NCBI GenBank assembly: GCA_964434945.1
Contig: CAYSWZ010000073.1
Location: 13,938 to 77,937 of the forward strand
Origin: an uncultured bacterium
GTDB taxonomy: Bacteria > Eisenbacteria > RBG-16-71-46
Length of the DNA stretch: 64,000 nucleotides
Direction of reading: 5' to 3'
The notes beneath the pieces were generated by a model that was not told where the DNA came from, searched no databases, and saw only the letters and a program-made list of their open reading frames with translations. This document shows positions 46,668-55,245 of this stretch, piece by piece. How positions within the stretch are numbered: position 1 is the stretch's first letter; each line of letters begins with the position of its first letter. The position numbers and the translations under genes were made by a program.

Positions 46668-47168
46668 TCACTTGTCCACATCGCCCCCCGGCTCCGGCCC
46701 CGCGAGCGGGCGCCCGAGCGCCGCTTCGAGCCACGCGGTCATCCGCGCGACGTGACTGCCGGGCCAGTACCAGCGCGCGCACGACGGACACCACTTGAAC
46801 GGCACTCCGAGGCGCGTGACGCGTCCCGGCACCTGTCCGCGCGCCTCGAACGCCGAGCGCGAGTGGAGCGCCACGTTGCACTCGGGGCAGCGGCTCCACG
46901 GCTCTCCCGCGGGGGTGTGCGCGTCCGCGACCGCGCGGATCGCGGCCGCAACGTCGTTCCTCGGCACGCGCACCACCGGCACGCCCGCGTGCCGGCGCGG
47001 GATTCGCGTGGACAGCGTCAACACGGTGCGCTCCTCGGCGGCGGCGGCGGCGAACAGCTCCTCGAGTCGCGCGCCGCGGTGCGTGACCACGTCGTAGCCC
47101 AGGAAACGCAGCCTCCGGGCGAGCAGTTCGAGCGAGGAATCCGTGGCGAATCGCGTGCGGGCCCGCAT
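46668..47168 (-). CDS. Mut7-C RNase-domain (PIN-like plus zinc-ribbon) protein
   Basis: FATDSSLELLARRLRFLGYDV at the N-terminus and zinc-ribbon cysteines RCPECN...KWCPSCARWYWPGSH. 166 aa from the internal Met at 47168. Confidence 0.7.
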   Translation of the reverse strand: MRARTRFATDSSLELLARRLRFLGYDVVTHRGARLEELFAAAAAEERTVLTLSTRIPRRHAGVPVVRVPRNDVAAAIRAVADAHTPAGEPWSRCPECNVALHSRSAFEARGQVPGRVTRLGVPFKWCPSCARWYWPGSHVARMTAWLEAALGRPLAGPEPGGDVDK

Positions 47169-47298
47169 GGCGCGGCACGCTAATGGCCGCTTCCGGCTCC
47201 GGCAAGCACCCTCGACGACGGCTGCAACCGCCTCGCCCGCACCGTGTTCCAAGCCCGACGTTGACGCGCCCTGTGCGCACGCGCACGCTCCGGCCCCT

Positions 47299-48513
47299 AT
47301 GGGAAGCCCCTCCGGGCGACCCGGGCCCGCCGACCTCGGGCCCGAGTTCGCCTCCGTCACGCTCGATCGGAGGCGGTTCCTGGTCGTGCTCGGTGGCGCC
47401 GCCGCCCTCCACGCCCTGGCGCCGTCGCTGGCCTGGGCACGCCATGCCAGCGGCACGTTGCCCTCGCTCCAGCCCTGGACGCTGCCCGCGGCGCTTCCCA
47501 CGAACCCGATCGAGGCCGGCCGCGCACTCGTCGGGGCCGCGGTGCTCGCGCCGAGTCACTGGAACGCGCAACCGTGGCGGTTCGAGGTGGACGCGGACGA
47601 ATTGCGCGTGCTCCTCGACCCGCAGCGCGTGCTGCCCCTGGACGATCCGGACCAGCGCTTCGCCCAGATGTCACTCGGTGCCGCGCTCGAGAACCTGCTC
47701 GTCGCCGCGCGCGCCTGGGGGCAGCAGCCGAGCGTCCGCTACCTGCCGTGGGGCACGGCGCCGCGCCCGGGAACGTCGCTCGTCGCCGCCGCGGTGTCGT
47801 GGACGCCCGCCGACCGCGCGCACGATCGGCTGCTGTTCTCGGCCCTCACCGAGCGACGCACGAATTCCCACCCCTACGACGGCCGTGCGATCACCATCCC
47901 GAGCCGTGGCCAGCTGCTGGCGCAGGTGGGCGAGGAGGTCCGCGTGCACTGGCTCGAGGACCGCGGCGACATCCGGGCGATCGGCGACCTGGCGCACGAT
48001 GCCGTGGAGCAGGTGATGTCCGACCGCCAGGCGCAGGCGGAGCGCGTGCTGTGGCTCCGCGATTCCGAAGGCGACGCGCGCTCGCACGGCGACGGCCTCA
48101 CCGCGGAACGGCTCGGGCTGGGCGGTCCGGCGCGCTGGTTCGCGGGACACTCGCTGAATCCCGAGAGTCACTTCTACGGCTGGGGCACTGGCAGCATGGC
48201 CAAGGACACGCGCGACCTGGTGCACAACTCGGGCGCGCTGGCGCTGCTCACGCTGCCGGCGCGCAGCGACGCGGGCTGGATCCTGGGCGGCCAGGCTTAC
48301 GAGCGCTTCGCGCTCCGCGCCTCGGCGCTGGGCATCGCCCAGCAACCGCTCGCGGCCCCGGTCGGCTCCGAACGTCACCGCCCGCTCCTCGCGCGGCGAT
48401 TCCACGCCGAGGGCGAGGAGCCGCTGCTGCTCGTCCGTCTCGGACACGCCAGGCAGCCGTCCCCCACCCCCCGCCGCGGCGTCGCCCTGGTGAGCACCTA
48501 CCGCACGTCGTAG
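47299..48513 (+). CDS. Acg-family FMN-binding nitroreductase-like protein with Tat signal
   Basis: DRRRFLVVLGGAAALHALAPSLAWA twin-arginine signal. LAPSHWNAQPWRF motif typical of tandem-nitroreductase Acg proteins. Start chosen at Met 47299. Confidence 0.75.
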   Translation: MGSPSGRPGPADLGPEFASVTLDRRRFLVVLGGAAALHALAPSLAWARHASGTLPSLQPWTLPAALPTNPIEAGRALVGAAVLAPSHWNAQPWRFEVDADELRVLLDPQRVLPLDDPDQRFAQMSLGAALENLLVAARAWGQQPSVRYLPWGTAPRPGTSLVAAAVSWTPADRAHDRLLFSALTERRTNSHPYDGRAITIPSRGQLLAQVGEEVRVHWLEDRGDIRAIGDLAHDAVEQVMSDRQAQAERVLWLRDSEGDARSHGDGLTAERLGLGGPARWFAGHSLNPESHFYGWGTGSMAKDTRDLVHNSGALALLTLPARSDAGWILGGQAYERFALRASALGIAQQPLAAPVGSERHRPLLARRFHAEGEEPLLLVRLGHARQPSPTPRRGVALVSTYRTS

Positions 48514-48555
48514 GGGGCGGCGGTGCGGACGTTGATCTCGCCACGTACTCCCCCA

Positions 48556-48705
48556 GGGTGGTCGCCGAGGGGTTCAAATCCTGGCGAGTCGCGCGCAGGC
48601 CGGAGGCAGGGACTGCCGGAGGCCGTCAAGCGCGCGTCAGGGAGGTCCGGGCAGGGATGCCCGGACCGAGCGTTCGCCATGATTTGAACCCCTCGGCGAC
48701 CACCC
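48556..48705 (-). repeat. composite palindromic intergenic element, copy B (31-nt inverted arms plus 88-nt core, inverted orientation)
   Basis: Perfect 25-bp inverted repeat 48556-48580 / 48681-48705, extending to 31 nt with one mismatch. Core 48587-48674, read on the minus strand, is 76/88 identical to 5557-5644. Confidence 0.85.
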
Positions 48706-48726
48706 GGCCTGGAATGCACGACGTGG

Positions 48727-50100
48727 TTACGACCCGCTCACCGTCATCTCTGCGATCAGCAGCGTCGGACATGCCACCGAGGAGCGCCATTCGAGATCGC
48801 TGCCGACAGCGGTGATGGAGTTCAGCATCTCGAGCGAGTTTCCCGCCACGGTCACGCCTTCGACCGGGAACGCCTTCTCGCCGTGCTCGATCCAGTAGCC
48901 CTGCGCCTGGAACGAGTAATCGCCGGTCACGCCGTTGAAGCCGTACGAGCCCTGGTCGTCGAAGTAGAAGCCGTTGTCCACCCGTTTCAGGATCGCCTCG
49001 GGCGAGTCCGCCCCCGGCTCCACGTACAGGTTGTGGAAGCCGATCCCGGGCGTGTTCGACCAGCCGCGCAGCCCGTTCGCCGTGGTCGCGCGCTGCGCGC
49101 GCCGGGCGTGGTAGCGGTCGTAGATGAACATCGCCAGCCGGCCGCGATCGAGCAGCACGTTGCGGCGCGTGCGCGCGCCCTCGCCGTCGTACGGCGAGCT
49201 GCCGATGCGCCGCGCGAGCGTGCCGTCGTCGACCAGCGTCACGAGCGGCGAGGCGATCGCCTCGCCCAGCTTGCCGGTGAGCCAGCTCGATTGCTTGAGC
49301 AGCGACTCGCCACTCCAGGCGTCCGCCATCTCCGACACCCAGCCGGCCGCGATGTCCGGGTGCATCACCACCGGCACGCGCGCGCTCGGCACGGTGCGCG
49401 CGCCGATCCTGTTCACCGCACGCTGCGCGGCGCGGCGCGCCATGGTCTCCGGCGACATGAGATCCGCCAGGTGACGCACGCTCATCCCTTCGGCGCCGGT
49501 CTGCTGGCGCCCGTCGCGGTCGTCGGCCAGCACCACCACCCACGCCGAAACACTGGTGCCCTCCCACGCGCGCGAAACGCCGAGCGTGTTCGCGACCGCG
49601 TAGGCGCCGCCCGCACTCGACACGCTGGCGCCGTCGCTGCGGGTCACGCGCGGGTCCGCCGCGAGCGCGAGGCGCTCGAGCTCGAGCGCCATCTCGATCT
49701 TCCGCTCCACCGGAAGCTCGAGCGCCGCGGGGTCGAAGAGCTGCTGGTCGCCGGCGAAGTCGCCGCCGGTCTCCTCCGGCCGCAGCGCACCGTTCGCCTC
49801 GTCGGGGGTGGCGAAGCGCGCCAGGGCCACGGCGCGGCGCGCGAGGTCGTCGAGCCCGGCGGGGGTGAGATCGGTGCCGGAGGCGAACCCGACCGCGCCT
49901 CCCACGATCGCGCGCACGCCCACGCCCATCGTGCCGCTCTGCTTGAGCGTTTCCACCGCGCCGCCGTGCACGCGGACGGTGAACGAGCGCGAGCTCTCCG
50001 CGCACGCATCGGCCACCTGTGCGCCGTGCGCGCGCGCGCGTTCCAGCACCTGCGCGCACAGCATTTCCACCTCCCCGGGGGGCGCGTGGCGTGCGTTCAT
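48727..50100 (-). CDS. pmbA: metalloprotease PmbA/TldE
   Basis: 457 aa from Met 50100, overlapping the tldD stop (ATGA). Typical PmbA_TldD stretches SGTMGVGVRAIVGGAVGFASG and FYFDDQGSYGFNGVTGDYSFQAQGYWIEHGE. The long track ORF 48727..51882 is a read-through artefact. Confidence 0.9.
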   Translation of the reverse strand: MNARHAPPGEVEMLCAQVLERARAHGAQVADACAESSRSFTVRVHGGAVETLKQSGTMGVGVRAIVGGAVGFASGTDLTPAGLDDLARRAVALARFATPDEANGALRPEETGGDFAGDQQLFDPAALELPVERKIEMALELERLALAADPRVTRSDGASVSSAGGAYAVANTLGVSRAWEGTSVSAWVVVLADDRDGRQQTGAEGMSVRHLADLMSPETMARRAAQRAVNRIGARTVPSARVPVVMHPDIAAGWVSEMADAWSGESLLKQSSWLTGKLGEAIASPLVTLVDDGTLARRIGSSPYDGEGARTRRNVLLDRGRLAMFIYDRYHARRAQRATTANGLRGWSNTPGIGFHNLYVEPGADSPEAILKRVDNGFYFDDQGSYGFNGVTGDYSFQAQGYWIEHGEKAFPVEGVTVAGNSLEMLNSITAVGSDLEWRSSVACPTLLIAEMTVSGS

Positions 50101-51548
50101 ACCGCGGTGCCTCCCACGGTGATGCCGCTGAAGCGCACGGTCGGCTGGCCGACGCCGACCGGCTTCCACTGCCCGTCCTTGCCGCACGAGCCGGTGGTCC
50201 CGTCGATGGCCAGGTCCGTCGCCACCCCATCGATCTTGAGCATCGCGTCGTTGCCGTTGCCGGCGAGCGTCGCGTTGCGCACCGGGTGCGTGAGGCTGCC
50301 GTTCTCGATCTGCCAGCCTTCGGTGACCTGGAACGAGAAGTTGCCGTCCGCCGGGTTGACCGAGCCGCCGCCCAGCTTCTTGCAGTAGAGCCCGCGCTTC
50401 ACGTCGGCGACGAGCGCGTCGGGTGCGTGCGGCCCGGGCTCGATGTAGGTGTTGGTCATGCGGCACAGCGGGTAGTCGCGATACGAGGTGCGGCGGCCGT
50501 TGCCGGTCGGGCGATTTCCGGTGAGCGTCGCGTTCAGCCGGTCCCACAGGTAGCCCACGAGCACGCCGTCCTGCACCAGCAGCGTGCGCTGCGCGGGGGT
50601 GCCCTCGTCGTCGACGCGGAACGAACCGCGGCTGTAGGGAATGAGCCCCGAGTCGACGATCGTCACGCCGGGCGCCGCCACCTTCTGGCCCATCTGCGTG
50701 GCGCGGATCGAGGTCTTCCGGCGGATGGTGTCGCCTTCCATGCTGTGCCCGAAGCACTCGTGCACCATGACGCCGCCCCAGCCGTTGCACACGACGACCG
50801 GGTAGGTGCCGCCCTCGGGCTCGCGCGCGCCCAGCAGCAGCACGGCGCCCGATGCGGCTTCGAGCGCGACCGCCTCGGGAGTGCGCTCGCCGGCGTAGTA
50901 GCCGGCCTCGACGCAGCCACCCGCCGCGGCGAATCCCTCCTGGCGTTGCGTGCCCTCGAGGGCCAGTGCCGAGACCACGAGCCGGGACAGGTGGGTGCGG
51001 TCCTCGGCCCATACGCCGTCGCTGTTCGCCACCAGGAACGACTTGGCCGAGCTCGCGAACGACGCGGACACCTCGCGTACGCGTGCGTCGTGTCCGCGCG
51101 CGGCGGCGTTCGCGCGGCGGAGCAACTCCACCTTGCCGGCCTCGTCGAGCGCGAGCGTGGCGGGGTCGCGCAGCGTGAACGGCTCCGCCGCGTCCACGAC
51201 GCGGAACGCCAGCGGCGCGCCGCCGGCTCCGGTGGCCGCGGGCGGCGCCTCGCGCGCGATGCGGCCGGCGTCGCGCGCGGCCTCGCGCAGCGCGTCGGGG
51301 GAGAAGCCGTCGGCGTACGCGTATCCGGTCTGCTCGCCACGGATCGCGCGCACGCCGACACCCTGGAGCACAGAATAGGAGGCGCTCTTCAGCCGGTCCT
51401 CGTCGAGCGAGAACCCGGTCACGATGGCGTGCTCGGCATAGAGGTCGGCGAATGCCGCGCCCGAGGCACGGGCGAGCCCGAGCAGCTCCGCCGCGAGCTC
51501 GCGCGGCAGGAGCGTGGACAGGGCGGGCAGTGAGGGATCGGAAGTCAT
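50097..51548 (-). CDS. tldD: metalloprotease TldD
   Basis: HECFGHSMEGD (HExxxH) zinc motif, GVGVRAIRGEQTGYAY, and GGSVNPADGNFSFQVTEGWQIENG near the C-terminus. Confidence 0.92.
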   Translation of the reverse strand: MTSDPSLPALSTLLPRELAAELLGLARASGAAFADLYAEHAIVTGFSLDEDRLKSASYSVLQGVGVRAIRGEQTGYAYADGFSPDALREAARDAGRIAREAPPAATGAGGAPLAFRVVDAAEPFTLRDPATLALDEAGKVELLRRANAAARGHDARVREVSASFASSAKSFLVANSDGVWAEDRTHLSRLVVSALALEGTQRQEGFAAAGGCVEAGYYAGERTPEAVALEAASGAVLLLGAREPEGGTYPVVVCNGWGGVMVHECFGHSMEGDTIRRKTSIRATQMGQKVAAPGVTIVDSGLIPYSRGSFRVDDEGTPAQRTLLVQDGVLVGYLWDRLNATLTGNRPTGNGRRTSYRDYPLCRMTNTYIEPGPHAPDALVADVKRGLYCKKLGGGSVNPADGNFSFQVTEGWQIENGSLTHPVRNATLAGNGNDAMLKIDGVATDLAIDGTTGSCGKDGQWKPVGVGQPTVRFSGITVGGTAV

Positions 51549-51618
51549 GGGCCGGCGGGGACTGTAGCAGGGGGGCCGCGCCGCATGGGCCCGGGCGGAT
51601 TGTGCTAGGACTCACGCC

Positions 51619-51783
51619 GTGGACACGAAGAAGCTCATCTGGTTCGGGGCGATCGCGGGTTCTGTCCTGGGCGGCTGCGTGCCGGGCCTCTGGCACGCGT
51701 CGGCGTTGTCGCTGTCCGGTCTCCTGTTCTCCACGATCGGCGGGCTGGCGGGCATCTGGCTCGCGTGGCGGTATACGCGCTGA
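51619..51783 (+). CDS. possible 54-aa two-TM membrane peptide
   Basis: GTG start 9 nt after AGGACTC. VDTKKLIWFGAIAGSVLGGCVPGLWHASALSLSGLLFSTIGGLAGIWLAWRYTR. Below the track length cutoff. GC3-rich codons are consistent with coding. Confidence 0.4.
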   Translation: MDTKKLIWFGAIAGSVLGGCVPGLWHASALSLSGLLFSTIGGLAGIWLAWRYTR

Positions 51784-51946
51784 CCGACTCCCAGACGCGA
51801 CGTCCCCAAGTCTCGCGGCCCGGATCCGCTTCCGGTGCCCCGGCCGGCTCGATCCCGGAGCGGCTCGGAGGCCGGACCGCATGGATAAAGCGCTTTCCTG
51901 TAGTGTCTTACGAAATACTGCGAATCCCGGGCGCGCCGGCGCGCTC

Positions 51947-51979
51947 TAACTTCAGGTAAGTTAACTGACTCTCGGTCAG
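51947..51979. promoter_or_regulatory. candidate TetR operator: two adjacent AT-rich palindromes
   Basis: TAACTT-caggt-AAGTTA (51947-51963) followed by CTGAC-tctcg-GTCAG (51965-51979), 45-75 nt upstream of the TetR ATG at 52023, in a locally low-GC patch. Confidence 0.4.
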
Positions 51980-52022
51980 GTGGCCCGCGCGCCGGAGGTG
52001 ACACATCCATTCTGGAGGGCTG

Positions 52023-52691
52023 ATGGAAAAAGGAGCCAGCGACCCCCGCACTGCTCCCCGTTGGCGTCGGCGAAAGGAATCACGGCCCGGAGAGATCCTG
52101 GCCGCGGCGCTCGACACGTTCGTCGAGCGAGGCTACGAATCGGCGCGTCTCGAGGACATCGCCCGGCGGGCCGGCTGTACGAAGGGCACCATCTTCCTCT
52201 ATTACGAGAGCAAAGCGGAGCTGTTCAAGGCCGTCATCCGCAATGTCATGGTGCCGTTGATCCAGGATACCGAGCAGACCATCGAAACGCACCAAGGCAC
52301 GTGCCGGGAACTGCTCGAGAAATTGTTGCGGATCCGCTGGGAACGCGCGACCGCGTCGCGGTTGTCGGGCCTCGCCAAGCTGCTGTTCGCCGAGACCGAG
52401 CGCTACCCGGATCTCGCAAAGTTCTACTACGAGGAGATTCATTCCCAGAGTCAGGCCTTGATCCAGCGCGCGTTCGACATGGGTGTCGCGCGCGGCGAGT
52501 TCCGGCCCCTCGATGGCGCGAACTTCGCGCGCGTCGCCATCGCCCCCATCGTATTCGCCAGCATCTGGAGACATTCCTTTGGCCCCGTCGTGGATCGAGC
52601 GCTCGATTCGGATGCGTATTTCAAGACCACTCTCGACATCCTGTTCAGTGGCATCGCGGCCACTTCGGTCCCCGAAGTCGCCGGAGGCTGA
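52023..52691 (+). CDS. TetR/AcrR family transcriptional regulator
   Basis: N-terminal HTH ILAAALDTFVERGYESARLEDIARRAGCTKGTIFLYYESKAELF. 222 aa. Confidence 0.9.
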   Translation: MEKGASDPRTAPRWRRRKESRPGEILAAALDTFVERGYESARLEDIARRAGCTKGTIFLYYESKAELFKAVIRNVMVPLIQDTEQTIETHQGTCRELLEKLLRIRWERATASRLSGLAKLLFAETERYPDLAKFYYEEIHSQSQALIQRAFDMGVARGEFRPLDGANFARVAIAPIVFASIWRHSFGPVVDRALDSDAYFKTTLDILFSGIAATSVPEVAGG

Positions 52692-54117
52692 TCGCCGCGC
52701 GCCGCGAAACGGTGCCGTCCTCGCGCTGGTCGCGGTCCTCGCCCTGACCGGGGCGGCGCGGGCGGACCGGGCATCGTCGCGGGATTCGGCGGCCCCGAAG
52801 GCCGGCGCGCCGCGTGCGACGGCGGCTCCCGCGACCCCCGCCCCGTCTCCGTCCGCGCTGCGGCTCACGCTCGCGGACGCGGTGCGGATCGCCGCCGCGG
52901 AATCGCCCTCGGCGCGCGAGGCCGCGCTGCGTGCCGTCCAGGCGGAGCGGAAGGTGGGCGAGTCGTTCGGCGCGCTGCTGCCTTCGCTCACCGGCGTGAC
53001 CACGTTCTCGAACCACACCTTCAACCTGACGGCGCAGGGCATCCCCTTCCCGGCGATTCCCGGGCTTCCGCCGGTCCCCGAGATCATCGGTCCCATCGAC
53101 AACGCGGACGCGCGCGTGTACGTGAAGCAGACGCTGCTGAGCATGACCGACATGAAGAAGGTGCAGGCCTCCCAGTTCGGGGCGCACGCGGGACGCGCGG
53201 ACCAGCAGGCCGCCGCCGAGGCCGCGGCGCAGGCGGGGGCGCTGGCATGGTTGCGCGCGGCGCGGACCGAGGCGCTGGTGAGCGCGCGAACGCAGGAGCT
53301 GGCACTCGCCGTCGAGCTGCTGCGGCTGGCGCGGGAGCAGCAGGCCGCGGGCGTTTCGCCCGCCATCGACACGACGCGCGCGAGCACGCAGGTGGCCGCC
53401 TCCCAGGGCGCCCTGCTCGTGGCCGAGAACCAGCGCGATCGGGCGCGGCTCGACCTCGGGAGGTCGCTCGGGCTGCAGCCGTCCGCCGATCCGGTGCCGG
53501 CCGATTCGCTCGGCGACGCGTCTGCCGCCACCGACGTACCCACCGATCCCGGGGACGCGCTGGCGCTCGCGCTCACGCAGCGCCCGGACCTTGCGGGCGA
53601 GCACGCGCGCGTCGAGAAGGCCCAGGCGGAGAAGCGCGCCACGTCGCTCGAACGCGTGCCGCGGCTGGAGGCCACCGCCGACTGGGGCATGTCGGGACTG
53701 CACACGAGCGACTGGCAGGGCACGCGGGCGTATGCGGTCGGCCTCACGCTGCCGCTGCTCGACGGCGGCTATCGCGAGGCGCGCATCGGCGAGCAGGAGG
53801 CGCTGATCGGCGAGGCCGCGGTGCACGAGCGCGACCTGCGCGACCAGGTCGCCGTGGACGTGCAGGGGGCTCTGCTCGACCTGTCGTCCGGGGTCGATCA
53901 GCTCCGGGTGGCCAGCGAGCAGCTGCGGCTCGCGGAAGAAGAGGTGGCGCAGGCGAGCGAGCGCTTCACGAACGGAGTGGCCGGCAACATCGAAGTGATC
54001 AACGCGCAGTCCTCACTGCTGCGCGCGCACGATACCGAGATCGACGCGCGCTACGCGCTCGCCGCGGCCCGTGTGGCGCTGGCACGCGCCGCGGGTGTCG
54101 CGCGCCAACTGCACTGA
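52612..54117 (+). CDS. TolC-like outer-membrane efflux protein
   Basis: Signal-like AVLALVAVLALTGAARA. Two OEP repeats (LTLADAVRIAAAESP..., LDLGRSLGL..., YALAAARVALARAAG). The start is uncertain: the first in-frame ATG (52612) overlaps the TetR 3' end by 80 nt, and no ATG/GTG/TTG lies nearer the signal peptide. Confidence 0.75.
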   Translation: MRISRPLSTSCSVASRPLRSPKSPEADRRAPRNGAVLALVAVLALTGAARADRASSRDSAAPKAGAPRATAAPATPAPSPSALRLTLADAVRIAAAESPSAREAALRAVQAERKVGESFGALLPSLTGVTTFSNHTFNLTAQGIPFPAIPGLPPVPEIIGPIDNADARVYVKQTLLSMTDMKKVQASQFGAHAGRADQQAAAEAAAQAGALAWLRAARTEALVSARTQELALAVELLRLAREQQAAGVSPAIDTTRASTQVAASQGALLVAENQRDRARLDLGRSLGLQPSADPVPADSLGDASAATDVPTDPGDALALALTQRPDLAGEHARVEKAQAEKRATSLERVPRLEATADWGMSGLHTSDWQGTRAYAVGLTLPLLDGGYREARIGEQEALIGEAAVHERDLRDQVAVDVQGALLDLSSGVDQLRVASEQLRLAEEEVAQASERFTNGVAGNIEVINAQSSLLRAHDTEIDARYALAAARVALARAAGVARQLH

Positions 54118-54129
54118 ACGAGGAGACCC

Positions 54130-55242
54130 ATGAGCGCCACTGTCGAACGTCCGTCCGAAGTCGCCCGCCCGCGGCCGACCGCACCCCCCGAACCGGTTCC
54201 GGCGGCCGCCGCGCCGCCGGGCCCGGAGCGTCCTCAGCCCGCCACGCGGCCGAACCGCATCCCCGTGATCGTGCTCGGAACGCTGGCGCTGATCGCGCTG
54301 GCATTCGGGTTCAACCGCTGGCGCTGGGGACTCACGCACGTGAGCACCGATGACGCGCAGGTCGAAGGGCACATCGTGCCGACGCTGGCACGCGTGAACG
54401 GTTTCGTCGCGGAAGTGGCGGTGCGCGAGAACGACAACGTCAGCCTGGGACAGCTGCTGGTCCGGCTCGACGACCGCGAATTCGCCGCGCGTCTCGCGCA
54501 GGCGGAGGCCGACGTGCAGTCGGCGCTCTCGGCGCAAGGCGTGCGCGGGCACGTCGGCCAGGCCGAGGCGCAGCTCGCGGCGGCGCGCGCCGCCGTGGTG
54601 CAGGCCGAGGCCAACGCGACGCAAGCACACCAGGACCTCGAACGCGCGCAGCGGCTCGCCGCGCGGGGGATCGTGAGCAGCGCCCAGCTCGATGCCGAAG
54701 TCACCGGCTCGGCGGGGGCGGACGCCGCGCTCGATGCCGCCCGCAAGCAGGTGCAGGCCGCAGAAGCCGGGCTGAGCGGCGCCTCGGCGCGGGTCAACTC
54801 GGTGCAGGCCGCGCGCGATCGCGCCGCGCTCGACCTGTCGTACACGCGCATCGTCGCCCCGTGCAGCGGCGTCGTGAGCCGCAAGACGGTCGAGGTCGGG
54901 CAGTACGTACAGGCCGGGCAGCCGCTCATGAGCGTCGTGCCGCTCGACGACATCTGGGTGGTGGCGAACCTCAAGGAGACCGAGATCCGCGACGTGACCC
55001 CGGGCGACAAGGCCGAGATCGAGGTGGATGCCTACCCGGGCCGTAAGTTCACCGGTCACGTCGAGAGCCTGAGCCCCGCGACCGGCGCGCGCTTCTCCCT
55101 GCTCCCGCCCGACAACGCGACCGGGAACTTCACCAAGGTCGTGCAGCGCATCCCGGTGCGCATCCGGGTGGACGGCCCGGTGGACCCGGTGCATCCGCTG
55201 CGGCCGGGGATGAGCGTCAACGCCACGGTCGTGACGAAGTAG
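54130..55242 (+). CDS. HlyD/EmrA-type membrane fusion protein
   Basis: N-terminal TM (IPVIVLGTLALIALAFGF), TDDAQVEGHIVPTLARVNGFV, a coiled-coil segment, YTRIVAPCSGVVSRKTVEVGQYVQAGQPLMSVVP and FTKVVQRIPVRI. Confidence 0.9.
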   Translation: MSATVERPSEVARPRPTAPPEPVPAAAAPPGPERPQPATRPNRIPVIVLGTLALIALAFGFNRWRWGLTHVSTDDAQVEGHIVPTLARVNGFVAEVAVRENDNVSLGQLLVRLDDREFAARLAQAEADVQSALSAQGVRGHVGQAEAQLAAARAAVVQAEANATQAHQDLERAQRLAARGIVSSAQLDAEVTGSAGADAALDAARKQVQAAEAGLSGASARVNSVQAARDRAALDLSYTRIVAPCSGVVSRKTVEVGQYVQAGQPLMSVVPLDDIWVVANLKETEIRDVTPGDKAEIEVDAYPGRKFTGHVESLSPATGARFSLLPPDNATGNFTKVVQRIPVRIRVDGPVDPVHPLRPGMSVNATVVTK

Positions 55243-55245
55243 CGC

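Noticed and set aside
48571-48581. GGTTCAAATCC, a tRNA T-arm-like string, suggested a tRNA or tmRNA gene.
   Set aside because: The flanking 5-nt segments (AGGGG / CCTGG) cannot form a T stem, and no D arm, anticodon arm or acceptor/CCA context fits. The string is part of the inverted arm of repeat copy B and appears mirrored at 48681-48691.
48727-51882. Single 1051-aa ORF spanning the pmbA-tldD region.
   Set aside because: Only the last 457 aa (from Met 50100) read like PmbA. The upstream part is a shadow of tldD, which is encoded in another frame (50097..51548).
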